From NCBI GenBank assembly GCA_038087875.1, contig JAXLNO010000655.1, positions 186,001-250,000 on the forward strand: DNA of 64,000 nucleotides, written 5' to 3'. Numbering within the stretch: position 1 is the stretch's first letter; the number at the start of each line of letters is the position of its first letter. A program made the position numbers and the translations under genes. This DNA is from Malacoraja senta (taxonomy: Eukaryota). Under the pieces are notes generated by a model. That model saw only the letters and a program-made list of their open reading frames with translations, was not told the origin of the DNA and searched no databases. Below, in pieces: positions 1-13,250 of this stretch.

Positions 1-391
1 ACCAAATGAGAATGTGATTTCGAGTTTCAAATCTATTGTTTCCTTATGAACAATTTTTTTAAATACGACACTGCCAAGACTATAATCGATTGTTAAGGTC
101 TAGAGTGATTTCTCGAGTTTCAGCAATAAATCATTTATGAAATACACATTATAATGAGACGTGGTCCATGATATGAATTTCACAAGTGGGCAGATTTGAT
201 AACGTATAATAGAATTATGGCCGTGGTATAATTGCAGGTATGAAGCTTTAAATTGCATCTCATCTACCCTCTGCACTCATTTTCACCGTCCATTAAATAT
301 TCTTGGCATAAGGTTGTTTGGAAAGGACTAGGATTTACAACACAAAACACAGGCAATTAGGCCCAACCAAATTAGGCCCAACCCGGTCCTG

Positions 392-1000
392 CTCAACCCC
401 CGAAGAGCTGAGGAGCCACCGTCGTTGAGGGACACAGGGCCGCGTGGTAGAAGCGCTCGGAGGGCCGTGCGGGCGGTTGCCAAACGCCGACAGGCAGCCC
501 GCTGCAAAACCAGGAGGGTGCCTGCCCGTAGTGGGTCCGAGCGCTTCTACCACGGAAGACCAGAAACCGGAAGGAGGAGCAAGTCGACGACAGTGGCCGA
601 CGCTGGACAAAGGGCCCAGAGGAGAATCGGGGGGGGGAGGGGGGGGGGCGGGGGATGGTCAAACCTGCTGCGCCTTCAAGCTCGGCTGCGGGAGGCTCGC
701 CCCCTGGGGCATGAAGGCTGAAGGCCTGGAGAGGATTGAAGGACGGCTCGCTGGCGATCCTAATGAGGTGATGGCCTCATAGGGCCTTTATGGCCAGTTG
801 CAGCTGGCACTGTGTAAGATGCTGCCAAAATCTGACAGCTATTTCATATGGACTCGTTGGGCTGTTTCCATGCATGCGGTACTTAATTGGGGATTGTCTT
901 CATGTACACCAATAATCTCACTGATCTATATGCAAAAAAAATGTATATCATTGTTCCTTTGTGCAAGTAGCAATAAAAGACCATTGGTCCATTGAACCGA
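392..1000 (+). mobile_element. GC-rich non-coding retroposon-like element with a Rex-Babar-type 3' tail (tentative)
   Basis: GC/CpG-rich body followed by a tail 'tatatgcaaaaa...caataaaagaccattggtccattgaacc'. The tail resembles that of the 37880-38728 element. Confidence 0.35.
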
Positions 1001-1112
1001 CTGGTACATGCTACGACTTATGCTCCACCTTACCCGTTTGCCACTGGCTTACCTCAGTTAATTAGTGTAGTTCTCCTTTCCTGCCCTAGCCTGCTTCTCC
1101 TGAATGCCAATG

Positions 1113-1585
1113 TTTAGTTCAGTTTAGTTTACAGTTACAGCGCAAAAACACACCCTTCGGCCCACCGAGTCTGCGTTTACCAGCGATCCACACAAACCAA
1201 CATTATCCTCCACACATTAGGGACAATTTAACCAAGACAATTAACCTGCAAACCTGTACGCCTTTGGAGTGTGGGGGGAAACCGAAGATCTCGGCGAAAA
1301 CCCACCCAGGTCGTAGCGGTAGAGTCGGTGCCTCACAACGCCAGACACCCAGGTTCGATCCTGAATCTGGGTGATGTCTGTGCGGTATGTGTATGTTCTC
1401 CCTGTGACTCTGTGGGTTTTCTCTGGGTGCTTCAGTTTCCTCGCACATCCCAAAGATGTGCAGGTTTGTGGGTTAATTGGCTTATGTAAATTGTAGGATG
1501 AAACTAGTATGAACGGGTGGGTGATAGATGGTCGGTGCGGACTCGTGGGCCAGAGGGCCTGTTTCCATGCTGTATCTCTAAACTA
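1113..1585. mobile_element. Two fused HE1-type SINE pieces (minus-strand 3' part 1113-1310, then plus-strand copy 1311-1585)
   Basis: Matches the HE1 body (tttggagtgtgggggaaaccgaagatctc), tRNA head (gtagcggtagag...ggttcgatcc) and CR1-like tail (gggcctgtttccatgctgtatctctaaacta) seen elsewhere in the window. Confidence 0.8.
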
Positions 1586-1799
1586 GTGTTTCAAGAAGCC
1601 CACTCTTCAATTCCTTCTCAAAGGATGGTTTGAGATAAACAATAAATGCTATCCTTGATAATTAACAATACAGGGAGAATTATGCCAACATAGTGAGCAA
1701 GACAGAAAGCTCCAGGTTCTAGGCCGACCATGGCCATGACCAATACTTCACTGGAGCCTTGAAGTGTTTCATTAACAGAGCTGGTGAGAAGATTATTAA

Positions 1800-2177
1800 G
1801 AGTCTGGTGAGAAGATTATTAAGGGATTGGACACAATAGATTCAGGAAATATGTTCCCAATGTTGGGGGAGCCCAGAACCAGGGGCCACGGTTTAAGAAT
1901 TAGGGGGAGGCCATTTAGAACTGAGATGAGGAAAACCCTTTTCACCCGGAGAGTTGTGAATTTATGGAATTCTCTGCCTCAGAAGGCAGTGGAGGCCAAT
2001 TCGCTGGATGCACTCAAAAGAGAGTTAGATAGAGCTCTTTGGGCTAGCGGAATCAAGGGATATAGGGTGAATGCAGGAACGGGGTACTTGATTGTAGATG
2101 ATCAGCCATGATCACATTGAATGGCTGTGCTGGCTCGAAGGGCCTTATAGCCTACTCCTGCACCTATTTTTCTATGT
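1800..2177 (+). mobile_element. CR1 (HER1-like) LINE 3' fragment
   Basis: ORF2 C-terminus 'RTRGHGLRIRGRPFRTEMRK..FTRRVVNLWNSLPQKAVEA', then the CR1 3' UTR ending cctactcctgcacctattttctatg. Confidence 0.9.
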
Positions 2178-2184
2178 AAGACAC

Positions 2185-3160
2185 AGTGTCTCGACCCCAA
2201 ACACCAACTATCCATCTGCCTTCACAGATGCTGCCTGACTCCGGCTGCCAAATACTTTAACTCCCCTTCCCATTCCCACACTGACCTTTCTGTTCTGTGC
2301 CTCCTCCTTTGTCAGAGTGAGACCACACGCAAAATGGAGTTGCAGCACCTCATATTTCGCTTGTGCAGCTTACAACCCAGCGGCATGATATTGATTTCTC
2401 TAATTTTACTAACCCTTGCATTCCCTCTCTCTCTCTGCCCCATCCCCACCTTAGCCATCGTACTAGTTTCACTGTCGTTCTGTTGAGTTTCACCGTCTGT
2501 ACAACTTGTTATCACCTTTTCCACAGCCAACAATCAATTTGCTTGTGCGCATGTTTGACTCCAAGACTGAGTGGCGCAGGGCCTGGAAAGATGCCAACAC
2601 CAACAACGGAGCGGTCATCACAGACCCCACAGTGAAACCACTGGGTTTTGACCTCCATCGCGAGCAGTGGCTAACCCTGAACAGAATCCGCACCCTCCAT
2701 GCAAGAACAACCCATCACTTGCATAAAATGGGGATGACAGACAGCCCTGCTTGCGACTGCGGACATCCGGACCAGACCATCCCACCACATCGTGAATGGC
2801 TGCTCACTGAAGCTTTTCCCTGGTGGCATCAAAGCCATCCACCCAGTAAGTGATGCTGTCCTGGCCTGGATGTCTACCCTTGATCTACAACTTTAGGCTG
2901 TGCACGCCATACGCAAGAAGAAGACAGCCTACAACGTTGTGGGCGCCACCTTTCCTTGCTCATCGTTGCTTTTTGCATATCTTTGCATATCTTTGCATAT
3001 CATTCATTCATTCATTCATTCATTCTGTGTACCGTCTATATCTCTAATTTTCCTTTCCCCTGACTCTCAGTCTGAAGAAGGGTCTCGACCCAAGACGTCG
3101 CCTATTCCTTCTCTCCGGAGATGCAGCCTGACCTGCCGAGTTCCTCCAGATTGTTGTGTC
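2185..3160 (+). mobile_element. Penelope-like element remnant (GIY-YIG endonuclease C-terminus plus terminal repeat), interrupted by a Vingi insertion
   Basis: 2257-2410 encodes degenerate 'FNSPSHSHTDLSVL.LL.CQSETTRK.E.QHLIFRL.SLQPSGM'. 3060-3150 has the terminal motif ctgaagaagggtctcgaccc..cgtc..gatgcagcctgacctgccgagttcctccag. Confidence 0.8.
2534..2923 (+). mobile_element. Ingi/Vingi-clade LINE, 5'-truncated 3' end
   Basis: Encodes 'GFDLHREQWLTLNRIRT..A....LHKMGMTDSPACDCGHPDQTIP(HIVNGC)', a CCHC zinc knuckle broken by one frameshift. Tail is cacgccatacgcaagaagaag. TSD acagcc(a/t)acaa at 2523-2533 and 2924-2934. Confidence 0.85.
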
Positions 3161-3629
3161 TATCTGCTGCATGACCCGATGAATTGCTTTAGCAGTCTGA
3201 TTTTTGTTCCAGATTTCAGCGTCTGCAGTCTCTTGTGTCTCCAGGTGAGACGATCTGAAGGCCATCTCGTCCTGTCGGACTATCTCGTTAGCTGAAGGAT
3301 TTCCTCAATGACACCACTGAGGCAAATCTGATTCATGAATGAATCATTTCATCACTATAATCTTGCTGTGTATAAAATGGCTTCTTGCTTGCACATAACA
3401 AATAATTCATTCTTTACAGATCATCTCTTCGGAGATGGGAAATTGATGATGTAAGCCCTTATGTTTTGATTCCAACACAGTAAAATGCTAATTAGATCTT
3501 TGGCAAATTCTAATAATGTCCGTGTTTAAATATTTATCTTACAGAATTTTCAAAAGAAAGTATTATTTCGACTCATAGTCATCATACAGCACGGATACAG
3601 GCCCTTTGGCCCAAATCGTCCATGCTGAC

Positions 3630-4080
3630 CAAGAAAGACAATGTCTACTGCCTTGCCCTCGTCAACCTTCTTGGTTACTTCTTCAAAAACTCAAATCAAT
3701 TTGTAAGACATGATTTTCCATTTACAATACCATGCTGACTATCCCTGCTCAGCTCCTGTGTATCCAAATGCACATAAATCTTATCCCTCCAAATCCTCCC
3801 CAGTAACTTACCTACCACAGATGTTAGGCTCACTCGTCTATAGTTCCCAGGCTTTTCCTTGCAGCCCTTCTTGAATAAAGGTACTATTTTTGCCATCTTC
3901 CAGTCATCGGACACTTCACTTGAGTCTAACGATGATTCATATATCTCAGCCAGGTCTTCTGCAAGCTTCCCACCGTGTCTTCAGATCTAATCAGGCCTGG
4001 AAGATTGTTCTACCTTCATGTGCCTCAGGTCATCCTGCACCTCCTTGACCTTAATACAGACTAGCCTCAAGACATCTCAA
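3630..4080 (-). mobile_element. CR1 LINE RT-domain fragment
   Basis: 'DWKMAKIVPLFKKGCKEKPGNYRRVSLTSVVGKLL...DSQHGIVNGKSCLTN' is the CR1 RT N-terminal region. Confidence 0.9.
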
Positions 4081-4342
4081 GATATTTGGCGTAGACCCTG
4101 TGTGTGGACAGCCCATCAGATAACACCACCCGCTATCCCTCGCCTCTGTTTTCTGGCAAGCTTCCTGCTACACTCTCAGTCCCAATGGATGGCGTTGACC
4201 CAAAATGTTGACCATCCCTTTGCCTCCACAGGTGCTGCCTGACCTGCTGAGTTCTTCCAGCAGATTATTTCTTGTTTGAGAACCAGATTTATTTTTGTAG
4301 TCTCATCATTTTACCAATCACCATTTTTTATCCCAAATCCTT

Positions 4343-4945
4343 TCATAAAAAAATAGAAAATAGATGTTGGAGTAGGCCATTTGGTCCTTCGAGCCAGCAC
4401 CACCATTCAATATGATCATGGCTGATCATCCAAAATGATCCTGCTTTTTCTCCATATCCCTTGATTCCTTTAGCCCCAAGAGCTAAATCTAACTCTCTCT
4501 TGAAAACGTCCAGTGACTTGGCCTCCACTGCCTTCTGAGGCAGAGAATTCCACAGATTTACAACCCCTTATTCTTGAACTGTAACCCCTGGTTCTGGACT
4601 CCCCCAACATGGGGAACATTTTTCCTGCATAGATAGATACATAGAAAATAGGTGCAGGAGTAGGCCATTCGGCCCTTCAAGCCTGCACCGCCATTCAATA
4701 TGATCATGGCTGATCATCCAACTCAGTATCCCGTACCTGCCTTCTCTCCATACCCCCTGATCCCTTTAGCCACAAGGGCCACATCTAACTCCCTCTTAAA
4801 TATAGCCAATGAACTGGCCTCAACTACCCTCTGTGGCAGAGAGTTCCAGAGATTCACCACCATCTAGCCTGTCCAATCCCTTACGAATTGTATATGTTTT
4901 TATAAGATACCCTTTCATCCTTCTAAATTCCAGTGAATACAATTT
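4343..4945 (-). mobile_element. Nested CR1 3' fragments (younger copy at about 4631-4860 inserted in an older one)
   Basis: Two CR1 3' UTRs (catagaaaataggtgcaggagtaggcc). The host sequence 'tttcctgcat|ctagcctgtcc' is split by the inner copy. Confidence 0.85.
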
Positions 4946-5450
4946 CTAAATGTATTTAATGACTTGAAGCAACACCTACTGTACCAGCTGCTAAATTGAG
5001 TTCCCATCTCCAGATCTTTAGCCCAGGTACCAGTTTAGCGACATGAACAAGTTTGCCACCATTTCCAACCCACTCATCAGCACCTCTCAAGGATGATTAG
5101 GAAGAGGTAATAAATAATCGCGTTCCCAGTAACGCCCTCAACAAGTAAGTGAAATAAATTTGAGCTGAGCAATCGTTTTGCCAAGCTTGATCAGCTGTTC
5201 TATAAATCCAGAAGTGTTCTCACTGACATTGAATCTTTCAAGTGAAATTCATTTACATTGAATTTGTAAATGAGTTGGAAATGATGCACAGGTTAAAAAG
5301 CTCTGGAAAAAATACACTGCTGAAGAAAGGTGGAATTTAGAGACATGGTTTCAGTTTAGTTTATCAGTTCAGTTTAGTTTATTGTCACGTGTACCGAAGT
5401 AGAGTGAAAAGTTTATTGTTGCGTGCTAACCAGCCATACAGTCATACAGC

Positions 5451-5676
5451 AATAATAACATTAAAAAAAAAATTTGGATAGGAAAAGTTTAGAGAATCTT
5501 GGGTAAAAAATAATGGGACTAGCTTAGATGGGGCATCTTGGTCGGCAAGGAAACAGACCCTTCTGCCCAACTCGTCCTTGCCGACCAAGATGCCCCATCT
5601 AAGCTAGTCCCATTATTTTTGACCCAAAATTCTCTAAACTTTTCCTATCCCAATTTTTTTTTTTAATGTTATTATT
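5451..5676. repeat. ~100-bp-arm inverted (fold-back) duplication of a CR1 3' segment
   Basis: aataataacattaaaa...ggggcatcttggtcggcaagga and tccttgccgaccaagatgcccc...ttttaatgttattatt are near-perfect reverse complements around a ~22-bp spacer. Confidence 0.85.
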
Positions 5677-6395
5677 GTACCTGCTTTAACTACGGTACTT
5701 CTTGCAGCAGATTGTTACATCTACCCACTACCTTCTATGTGAAAAGGTTAACCCTCAGATTCCCAATAAATCATTCCTCTCTCATCTTAAACCAATGCCC
5801 TCTGGTTCATGATTCCCCTTACCCTGAGAAACTGTGAATTCACCCTATCCATTCCCTCATGATTTTATACACTTTTATAAGATCATCCCTCAGCCAATGA
5901 ATAGCCTGCCCAATTTCTCCCTGTAGCTCAGACCCTCAAGACCTGGCAACATACTCATTACTTTTTTTGCATCCATTCCAGCTTAATGGCATCGTCCCTA
6001 TAGCAGGGTGACCAAAACTGAACATAATACTGCAAATTCGGCATCATCAATGACTTTTCCAACTGGAACTTAATACCCCAATATCTATATTCAATTCCTT
6101 GACTGATGAAGGCCATGCACACAAAGCTCTTTTCACCATGATATCTACCTGTACAATCACTTTCAAGGAACGATGTACTTGTACTTCTTCATCCCTCTGC
6201 TCTACAATACTCCCCAGGGTTCTACTGTTCACTCCGAGATTCCTGCCCTGGTTCGACTTCCCAAAATGCCACACTGATCATTAGCAATTCCTTGACCCAC
6301 TGGTCTAGCTGATCTAGATCCTGCTGCAATTCTTGATAACCATCTTCACTGTCTATGATAGGACCTACTTTAGTGTAATCTGCAAATTTATCCAA
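5677..6395 (-). mobile_element. Degenerate CR1 LINE 3' half
   Basis: 'HFGKSNQGR...LGSIVEQRD..VQVHRSLKV..QVD' and the downstream CR1 ORF2/3' sequence. Confidence 0.8.
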
Positions 6396-6549
6396 AGGAA
6401 AGATAAGGAAGGAGTGTTAGAAAGATTGTGGGGGGTGATTGTGAACTAATCAGCTATCAGTGGAGTGGGACGATATAATTTGGTGTCCATTTACAAAACA
6501 GAACTGCAGAAACTAAGTAGCCTGTAAAACCACTGGATGTATTTAAGAG

Positions 6550-6787
6550 GCAGAGGTGGTGCAGCGGTAAAGTTGCTGGCTTACGGCGCCAGAAACCTGG
6601 GTTCGATTCTGACTCCAGGTATAGAGTTTATATCTTTGGAGTGTGGGAGGAAACCGGAGGTCCAGGAGAAAACCCACGCAGGTCACGGGGAGAAGGTACA
6701 AACTCCCTACAGACATCACCGGAGTTAGGTTAGAACCCAGATTTCGGGCACTGTAAGGCAGGAACTCTACTGCTGCGCCACCGTGCC
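6550..6787. mobile_element. HE1 SINE pieces in opposite orientations
   Basis: Plus-strand tRNA head at 6550-6620, minus-strand body and head at 6630-6787. Confidence 0.75.
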
Positions 6788-6789
6788 TC

Positions 6790-7335
6790 CTCAGATGTAA
6801 TGTCATAGTTGTACAAGACGTTGGTGAAGCCGCACTTGGAGTATTACATTCAGTTTTGGTCACCCGGATATAAGAAAGATGCCATTAACTGGAAAGGGTG
6901 CAGCGATAATTTACGAGACCAATGCCAGGATTCGAGGGCATGAGCTATAGGGAAAGGCGGGGCATTCCTTGCAGCACAGGTGGCTGAGGGTTGACTTTAT
7001 GGAGGTGTTTAAAATCAAGAGGAAAATCGATAGGGTGAACAGTTTATTTTCTTCCAGGGTAGATGAATCAAGAATAAGAGGACATTGACTTAAGGTGAGA
7101 GGTGAAAGATTTAATGGGAAACTGAGGAATATTTTTCCTTCAGAGGGTGGTGGGTGTATGGAATAAGCAGCCAGAAGAAGTAATTGAGGCAGGTAGAATA
7201 ACAATATTTAAAAGACATTTGGACAGGTTCGTAGACTAGAAAGGTTTGGAGTGATATGGGATGACCTTAGAGGGGCCATCGTGGTTGGCGTAGTTGAGTT
7301 GGGCTGAAAGGCCTGTTCTGTGTGTATGACTCTGA
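6790..7335 (+). mobile_element. Degenerate CR1 LINE 3' fragment
   Basis: ttgtacaagacgttggtgaagccgcacttggagtat (LYKTLVKPHLEY) through the CR1 tail. Confidence 0.8.
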
Positions 7336-7637
7336 CAGAATTGTGGCTGAATGGCAAATAATGATTGGAACTGTGAGCTATCAAGTTCCCCATTAAAACA
7401 TTGAGGTTGAGCTGCCCTTTAATTCCAATCCGTGTAGCATTAATCATTCATTGCAATGCAACTTTCAATGAGAACCCTCCAGAGACCCCGTTTGCATTTT
7501 TGCAGCGGCTTGAATGAATATTGCATCTTGCCTTGAGGAAGTAAAAAAAATCTCAAGGGACGGGGGGCAGGGATTGTGGGGTAAGGGCAGGAAAGAGAGA
7601 GAGAGAGAGAGAGAGAGAAGAGGTGGCAGGGGGTAAG

Positions 7638-8220
7638 ATAATAATAATAATAATAGATTTTATTTATATAGCGCTTTTCAGGTCTCAAAGTCGCTTTACA
7701 ATTGAGAGTCAGGAATAAACAAAACAAAATAGAGCAGTAAGACAGAGGGGAGGGGAACATGGGACTAAGGGTATGCAGAGGTGAAGAGATGGGTCTTGAG
7801 GCGGGACTGGAAGAGATGGTGAGGGACTCAGAATTTCGGACCGGTTGTGGGAGGGAATTCCAGAGCCTGGGAGCTGCCCTGGAGAAGGCTCTGCCTCCAA
7901 AGGTGCAGAGGTTTGATTTCGGAATGGAGAGGAGACCAGCTGATGTGGATCTGAGGGACCGTGAGGGTTGGTAGGGGGAGAGGAGGTCAATGAGATAAGG
8001 GGGGGGGGCAGGTTGTTGAGGGCTTTGTAGGTGAGGACCAGGATTTTGTAGGTGATCCGGTGGGAAATGGGAAGCCAGTGAAGTTCTTTGAGAACTGGGG
8101 TGATGTGGTGCCAGGATTTGGTGTGGGTAATGAGTCGAGCGGCTGCATTTTGGACCAGTTGGAGTCGTTTGATGTTGCTGGAATTGATTCCGAAAAGAAG
8201 AGAGTTACAGTAGTATAACA
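7638..8220 (-). mobile_element. L2-clade LINE 3' fragment
   Basis: 'YCNSLLFGINSSNIKRLQLVQNAAARLITHTKSWHHITPVLKELHWLPISHRITYKILVLTYKALN' is a typical L2 ORF2 C-terminus. The 3' end is tgtaaagcgactttgag..gaaaagcgctatataaataaa plus (TTA)n. Confidence 0.9.
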
Positions 8221-11200
8221 ATATTTAAAAGACATGAAGATGTGAGTGGGAGGGACAGGCAGAAAGAGAGGAGAGAGGAGAGAAAGGGAGGAGGGTAGAG
8301 AGAGAGAGAGAGCCTAGAGGGAATAGAGAGAAGGCAAGATAGCGTATGAGGGAGAAAGTGGGGAGGTAGGGAGAGATGTGGTGGAGTGTAAGGATGACAG
8401 AAATGAAAAAGGGAGGAAAAAAGGAAAGGTCATATGGTCATGTGATAGGAGCAGAATTAGGCCATTTGGCCCATCAAGTCTACTCTGCCATTCATTCATG
8501 GCTGATCTCTCTCTCCCTCCTAACTCCATTCTCCTGCCTCCTCACCCATAACCCTTGACACCCGTGCTAATCAAGAATCTATCTAAATTCTGAGGCTATG
8601 ACCTCTGGTGGAAACGTCCACCCCACCTCCGCTCTATCCGGACCTTTCACTGCTCGGTGTTTCAATGAGTACCCCCCTCATCCTTCTGAACCCCAGCGAG
8701 TGCAGGCCCAGCCCAGCGCCGTCAATCGCTCATCATAGGCTAACCCACTCTCTCCTGGGATCATTCTTGTAAAATAAGGGGATGGGGACAAAGGGAGGGA
8801 GAAGAGAAAGGGAGAAGCGTGAAGGAATGAGAACAGATGGAGAGATCAGAATGAAAGCAACACAGTGTCAGATCCTGGGTTGCGGGGGGCTGCGAGGCAG
8901 CGGCTCGACCAGTTGTGTCGCTGCGCAGCACCCTGAAATAAAGAACAGAAGATGCTCAGCAGGTCAGGCGGCATCTGTGAAAAGAAAATTAGAATGAATG
9001 TCTCAGGTTGAAGACCCACCCTTACAACCGGGAAAGGAAGGAAGCAAGTTGGTTTTAACTTGCAGAAAATGGAGCGGGAGCGATGGAAAATGCAATGAGA
9101 ATTTCTGACAGGGTGAATGCTGGAGAGCTGAAAAGTAAGCTGTAAAAGAAGTGGGTGGCACTCTCACTTTAAAGCTCTGCCCTTGAGTCTTTGACATTTC
9201 CATCCAGGCAAACATGTTCTGACTGTCTACCCTATCCATGCCTCTTATAATGTTTTATATACTTCAATCGGGCTCCAAGGCTTTTACTTTGGTCTCTGTG
9301 GAGCTTGTTGAACCTCAGTGAACCTTCTTGTTAGCTTTTCAAAAGACTCAAATCACTTTACTCAGCCACAACCTGCCCTCGACCGATCCAGACTGACTGG
9401 CCCGATGAACCTCTGTTTGTCTGGAGGGAGATTTATACTCACTGCCCCTCCAATAATGGGCCCACCACAGAAAGAGTTTGACATTTGGAACATGCTGTCA
9501 CAGGAGGAATCAGATGCAACTACTATGTTTAAGAGGCATTTAAACAGACATATAAATAGGCAAGGTGCAGAAGAATGTGGTCTAATGTGGCTAAATGGAT
9601 AGGGCAGGTTTCGAGGGATATGGGCCAAACGCAGGCAGCTGGGACTAATGTAGATGGGACATGTTGGCCGGTGTAGGCAAGTTGGGTCGAAGGGCCTGGT
9701 TCCACGCTGTATGACCCTATGACTCTAAATGGGATTAGTATTGATGGGCCAAAAGACCAGCGTGGACATGATGGGCCGAATTCCAGTTTTCATGCTGTAT
9801 GACTGACTCTATGACACCCAAGTTAAACTAACTGAACTGTAGATAAAATGTGTAGGAAGGAACTGCAGATGCTGATTTAAACCGAAGATAGACACAAAAA
9901 GCTGGAGTAGGAATGGGTGACAATTCGGGTTCCTTTCTTTTAACCACAGGATAACAAATGCAATCCTCTAATCCCTCTTTGATCAGAGATGATTAAGACA
10001 TAATCTGCAGTTTGATTCCCTGCTTCTTTTAAACGTCTTGTATGTTTTTCATCTCGGCCTGGAGATTTATTCAGGCACAAAGAGACTAAGCCCCCTAATA
10101 CTTCCCCTTCGCCTCTGTTTATCCCATTTCAGACACTTCCCCCTTAATTACAACTTTGGCATTAACGTTGTTTTTTGAATGAAAACTACCATGGAGCATT
10201 GATTAAGAATCTGACACACATCCTCGCTTACCAGATAAACAATGCCTTTTTGGTACTTAATAAGTGCTGCGTCTCATCTCACCTGCAGAAAGGCACCTTA
10301 ACTGCTGCACAGTGAAGGGACTAAGGGTGATGGCAAGAGCCAAGACAAGAGTGTTTAATGGTCATATGTACCCGGAACAGGAATAATGACATTAGTTCTT
10401 ACTGCATTTTTACAGACCTATCGAACGCAACAAAGGAACAAATAAATATACAAAACATTATTTGTTATACCAGGTAAAGCCAAAGTGCGTGGTGCGACCT
10501 CAGTCCTCCGTTTGGTGCTGAGGTGGGCGTGTGCTTAATGTTGAGCAAAGAATCAAAGAGTCAAAGAGTCGTACAGCACAGACACAGGCCCTTTGGCCCA
10601 ACTCATCCATTCTAACCACGACGGCCCTTTGATGCTAGTCCCATTTGCCCGTGTGTAGCCCATAATCTGTGGAATTCATTGCCACACACGGCTGTAGAGG
10701 TTGGATACTTTTAACAGTGGAGATTGACAGATTCTTGATCAGTAAGAGTGTCAGGGGTTATGGAAAGAAGGCAGGAGAATGGGATTGACAGGGAAAGATA
10801 GATCAGTCCTGAGTGAATGGCGGGGTAGACTTGATGGGCCGAATGGCCTAATTCTGCTCCTATAATTTATAATCCCTTTAAACCTTTCTTAACCATGTAA
10901 CTGTCCAAATGTCCTAAATGTTGTTATTGTACCTGCCTCAATCACTCCAAAGACGTACAGGTTTTCAGGTTAATTGACTCGGTATCAATGTAAAAGTGTT
11001 CCTAGTGTGTGTAGGGTAGTGTTAATGTGCGGGGATCACAGGTCGGTGTGGACTCAGTAGGCCAAGGGGCCTGTTTCCCTGCTGTATCACTAAACTAAAC
11101 TAAACTTCCTCTCGCAGCTCATTCCATATACCCACAAAGTTGCTTTTCAAATTCTTACTAAATCTTTCTCCTTTCACCATATACCTATGTTCTCCAGTCC

Positions 11201-11619
11201 ATTGCTTCCCCAAACCCCAAAAAAGACTGCACATTCGCCCTGTTTCCTTCATGGTATTGCGTATCTCTCTAATCACCCTTATTGATGACAAGGAGCTGGA
11301 CCTGAGCACCAACAAGAACTTGTTTGCGCAGAAATATGTTGTATCACACCTGCCCTCCATCTCTAGGTACCTGAAGAACTGCAAAAAAGTCTTGTTGTTG
11401 TTACCGTGAGAATTGTTGGAGGGATAGACTAAAGCACTGGAGATGGAGGGAACCTGTACAGGACTTTATATCCAGGTAAAACCAAACCTACATTTGGGAT
11501 TGGAATTTCAGGTTTGAGCTGACTGTTCTGGGCCATGCCCCACAGCAACTTCAGTGTACAATCATCACCTCCATGAAGAGGGGTATAAGTTTAGTTCTAA
11601 ATGTCTGAAGGGAATGTCA

Positions 11620-11940
11620 CCCATTCCTTCTCTCCACAGATGCTGCCTGACCCGCTGAGTTACTCCACCTTTTTGTGTCTTCTGTTTAGAGGGATATCGG
11701 CCAAACTCATTATCACCTAGCCCATAGTCAACATTGGGCCGTTTCCATGATCATTGTTACTTTTTTGCTTATCTTTCATTCATTTGTTCTATATCTCTCT
11801 ATATCACCGTCTATATCTCTTGTTTTCCTTTCTCCTGACTCTCAGTCTGAAGAAGAGTCTCGACCCGAAACATCACCTATTCCATGTCTCCAGAGATGCT
11901 GCCTGACCCGCTGAGTTACTCCATCTTTTTCTGACTATCT
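11620..11940 (+). mobile_element. Penelope-like terminal repeats (two tandem copies)
   Basis: Two copies of 'ttcc...ctcca.agatgctgcctgacccgctgagttactcca', with ctgaagaagagtctcgacccgaaac at about 11848. Confidence 0.7.
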
Positions 11941-12937
11941 GTTTAGAGGGATATTGGCCAAAATCAGGCAAATGGGACTGATCTAGATGGGGCACTTTGG
12001 TTGGCACGGATGAGTTGGGCCGAATCCATGCAGTATCACCCCATGACTCTCTGTTGAGCTAACACTTGGTAATTATCCAGACGAGTCCTCTTTCATATTG
12101 AACAAATAGATGTAACATTGTCCACACTTGAGTTCCCTGACACATGCCAACACTCCGAGGGTTTCATCACATTCCTGACTTTTCTCCCGGAAGATTCTGG
12201 AATGATCTCTTTTGGCTTTCTATCGCCTAATTCAATTATTAAAGTTAATCCATAACTCACCTCCATCTTAACCACTTCTGTACTTCATTGTTCTTCCCAT
12301 CAGCAAAGAGCTACACTTAATAATCCTGCTGTCCTCTCTCCATGCTTGACAAATTGACAGCCTTATTTCTCTCCGTGACTAATCTCATTTTTTAAAATCT
12401 CTCCAAGGTTTTGCAAATGTTTATTTTCATTTTTTTCTTCATAATCCTCTGAGATAATTTTAATCCTGCTGTTAACCTATTACATTTCTGCAATACTCTT
12501 CAGTTTTTCATTACTAATCCTGCAGTTTCAATTCTAATCTCATTTAGCCTCTCAGCTAAAACCACTCAGTTGCCTCTCTTTCATTTAATCTGCACTTTGC
12601 GATCATTTTTTAAATCACTCTGCTCTCTAAACCTCGATCCCAGAGAACAATATTTTTTTTGACTAATCTCTTTAAAAAAAATGACCTAGTCTAGTTAAAC
12701 GATTTGTTTTTGCTCTGGCGTTCTGCATCCTAGATGCATTATCCATCTACCAATAGAGCATTTGCCCCATCATGGGTGTGTCGGAGACAAGAGGTAATAG
12801 TTTTAAGACAAAAGGCAGTAAAGGCAATCTAAGAGGGATTTTTGTTTTTACATAGAAGTTAGTTGGAGATTGGAATGTGCTGCATAAAGGGGTGGCAGAG
12901 GCAGATCATGTTTAGTGCCAGTACGCATATAACAGGC

Positions 12938-13250
12938 AACGCTGTGGCGCAGTGGCGGAGTTGCTGCCTTACAGCGCTAGAAGCCCAGGTTCGATCCTGG
13001 CTACGGGTGCTGTTTGTACGGAATTTGTACGTTCTCCCCGTGACCTGCGTGGGTTTCCCCCAGGAGCTCAGGTTTCCTCCCACACTCCAAAGACGTACAG
13101 GTGTGTAGGTTAATTGGCTTCGGTAAAATTGTAAATTGTCCCTAGTGTGCAGGATAGTGTTAGTGTGCGGGGATCGCTGGTCAGCGCGGACTCGGTGGAC
13201 TGAAGGGCCCGTTTCCACAATGTATCTCTAAACTAACCTAAACTAAATTA
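12938..13250 (+). mobile_element. HE1-type tRNA-derived V-SINE, full length
   Basis: A box tggcgcagtggcgg, B box ggttcgatcc, V-domain (gtttgtacgttctccccgtgacctgcgtgggtttcc), CR1-derived tail and (ctaaa)n. Confidence 0.92.

Noticed and set aside
12938..13015. tRNA genes
   Set aside because: All tRNA-like A/B-box sequences are HE1 SINE heads followed by a V-domain and CR1 tail.
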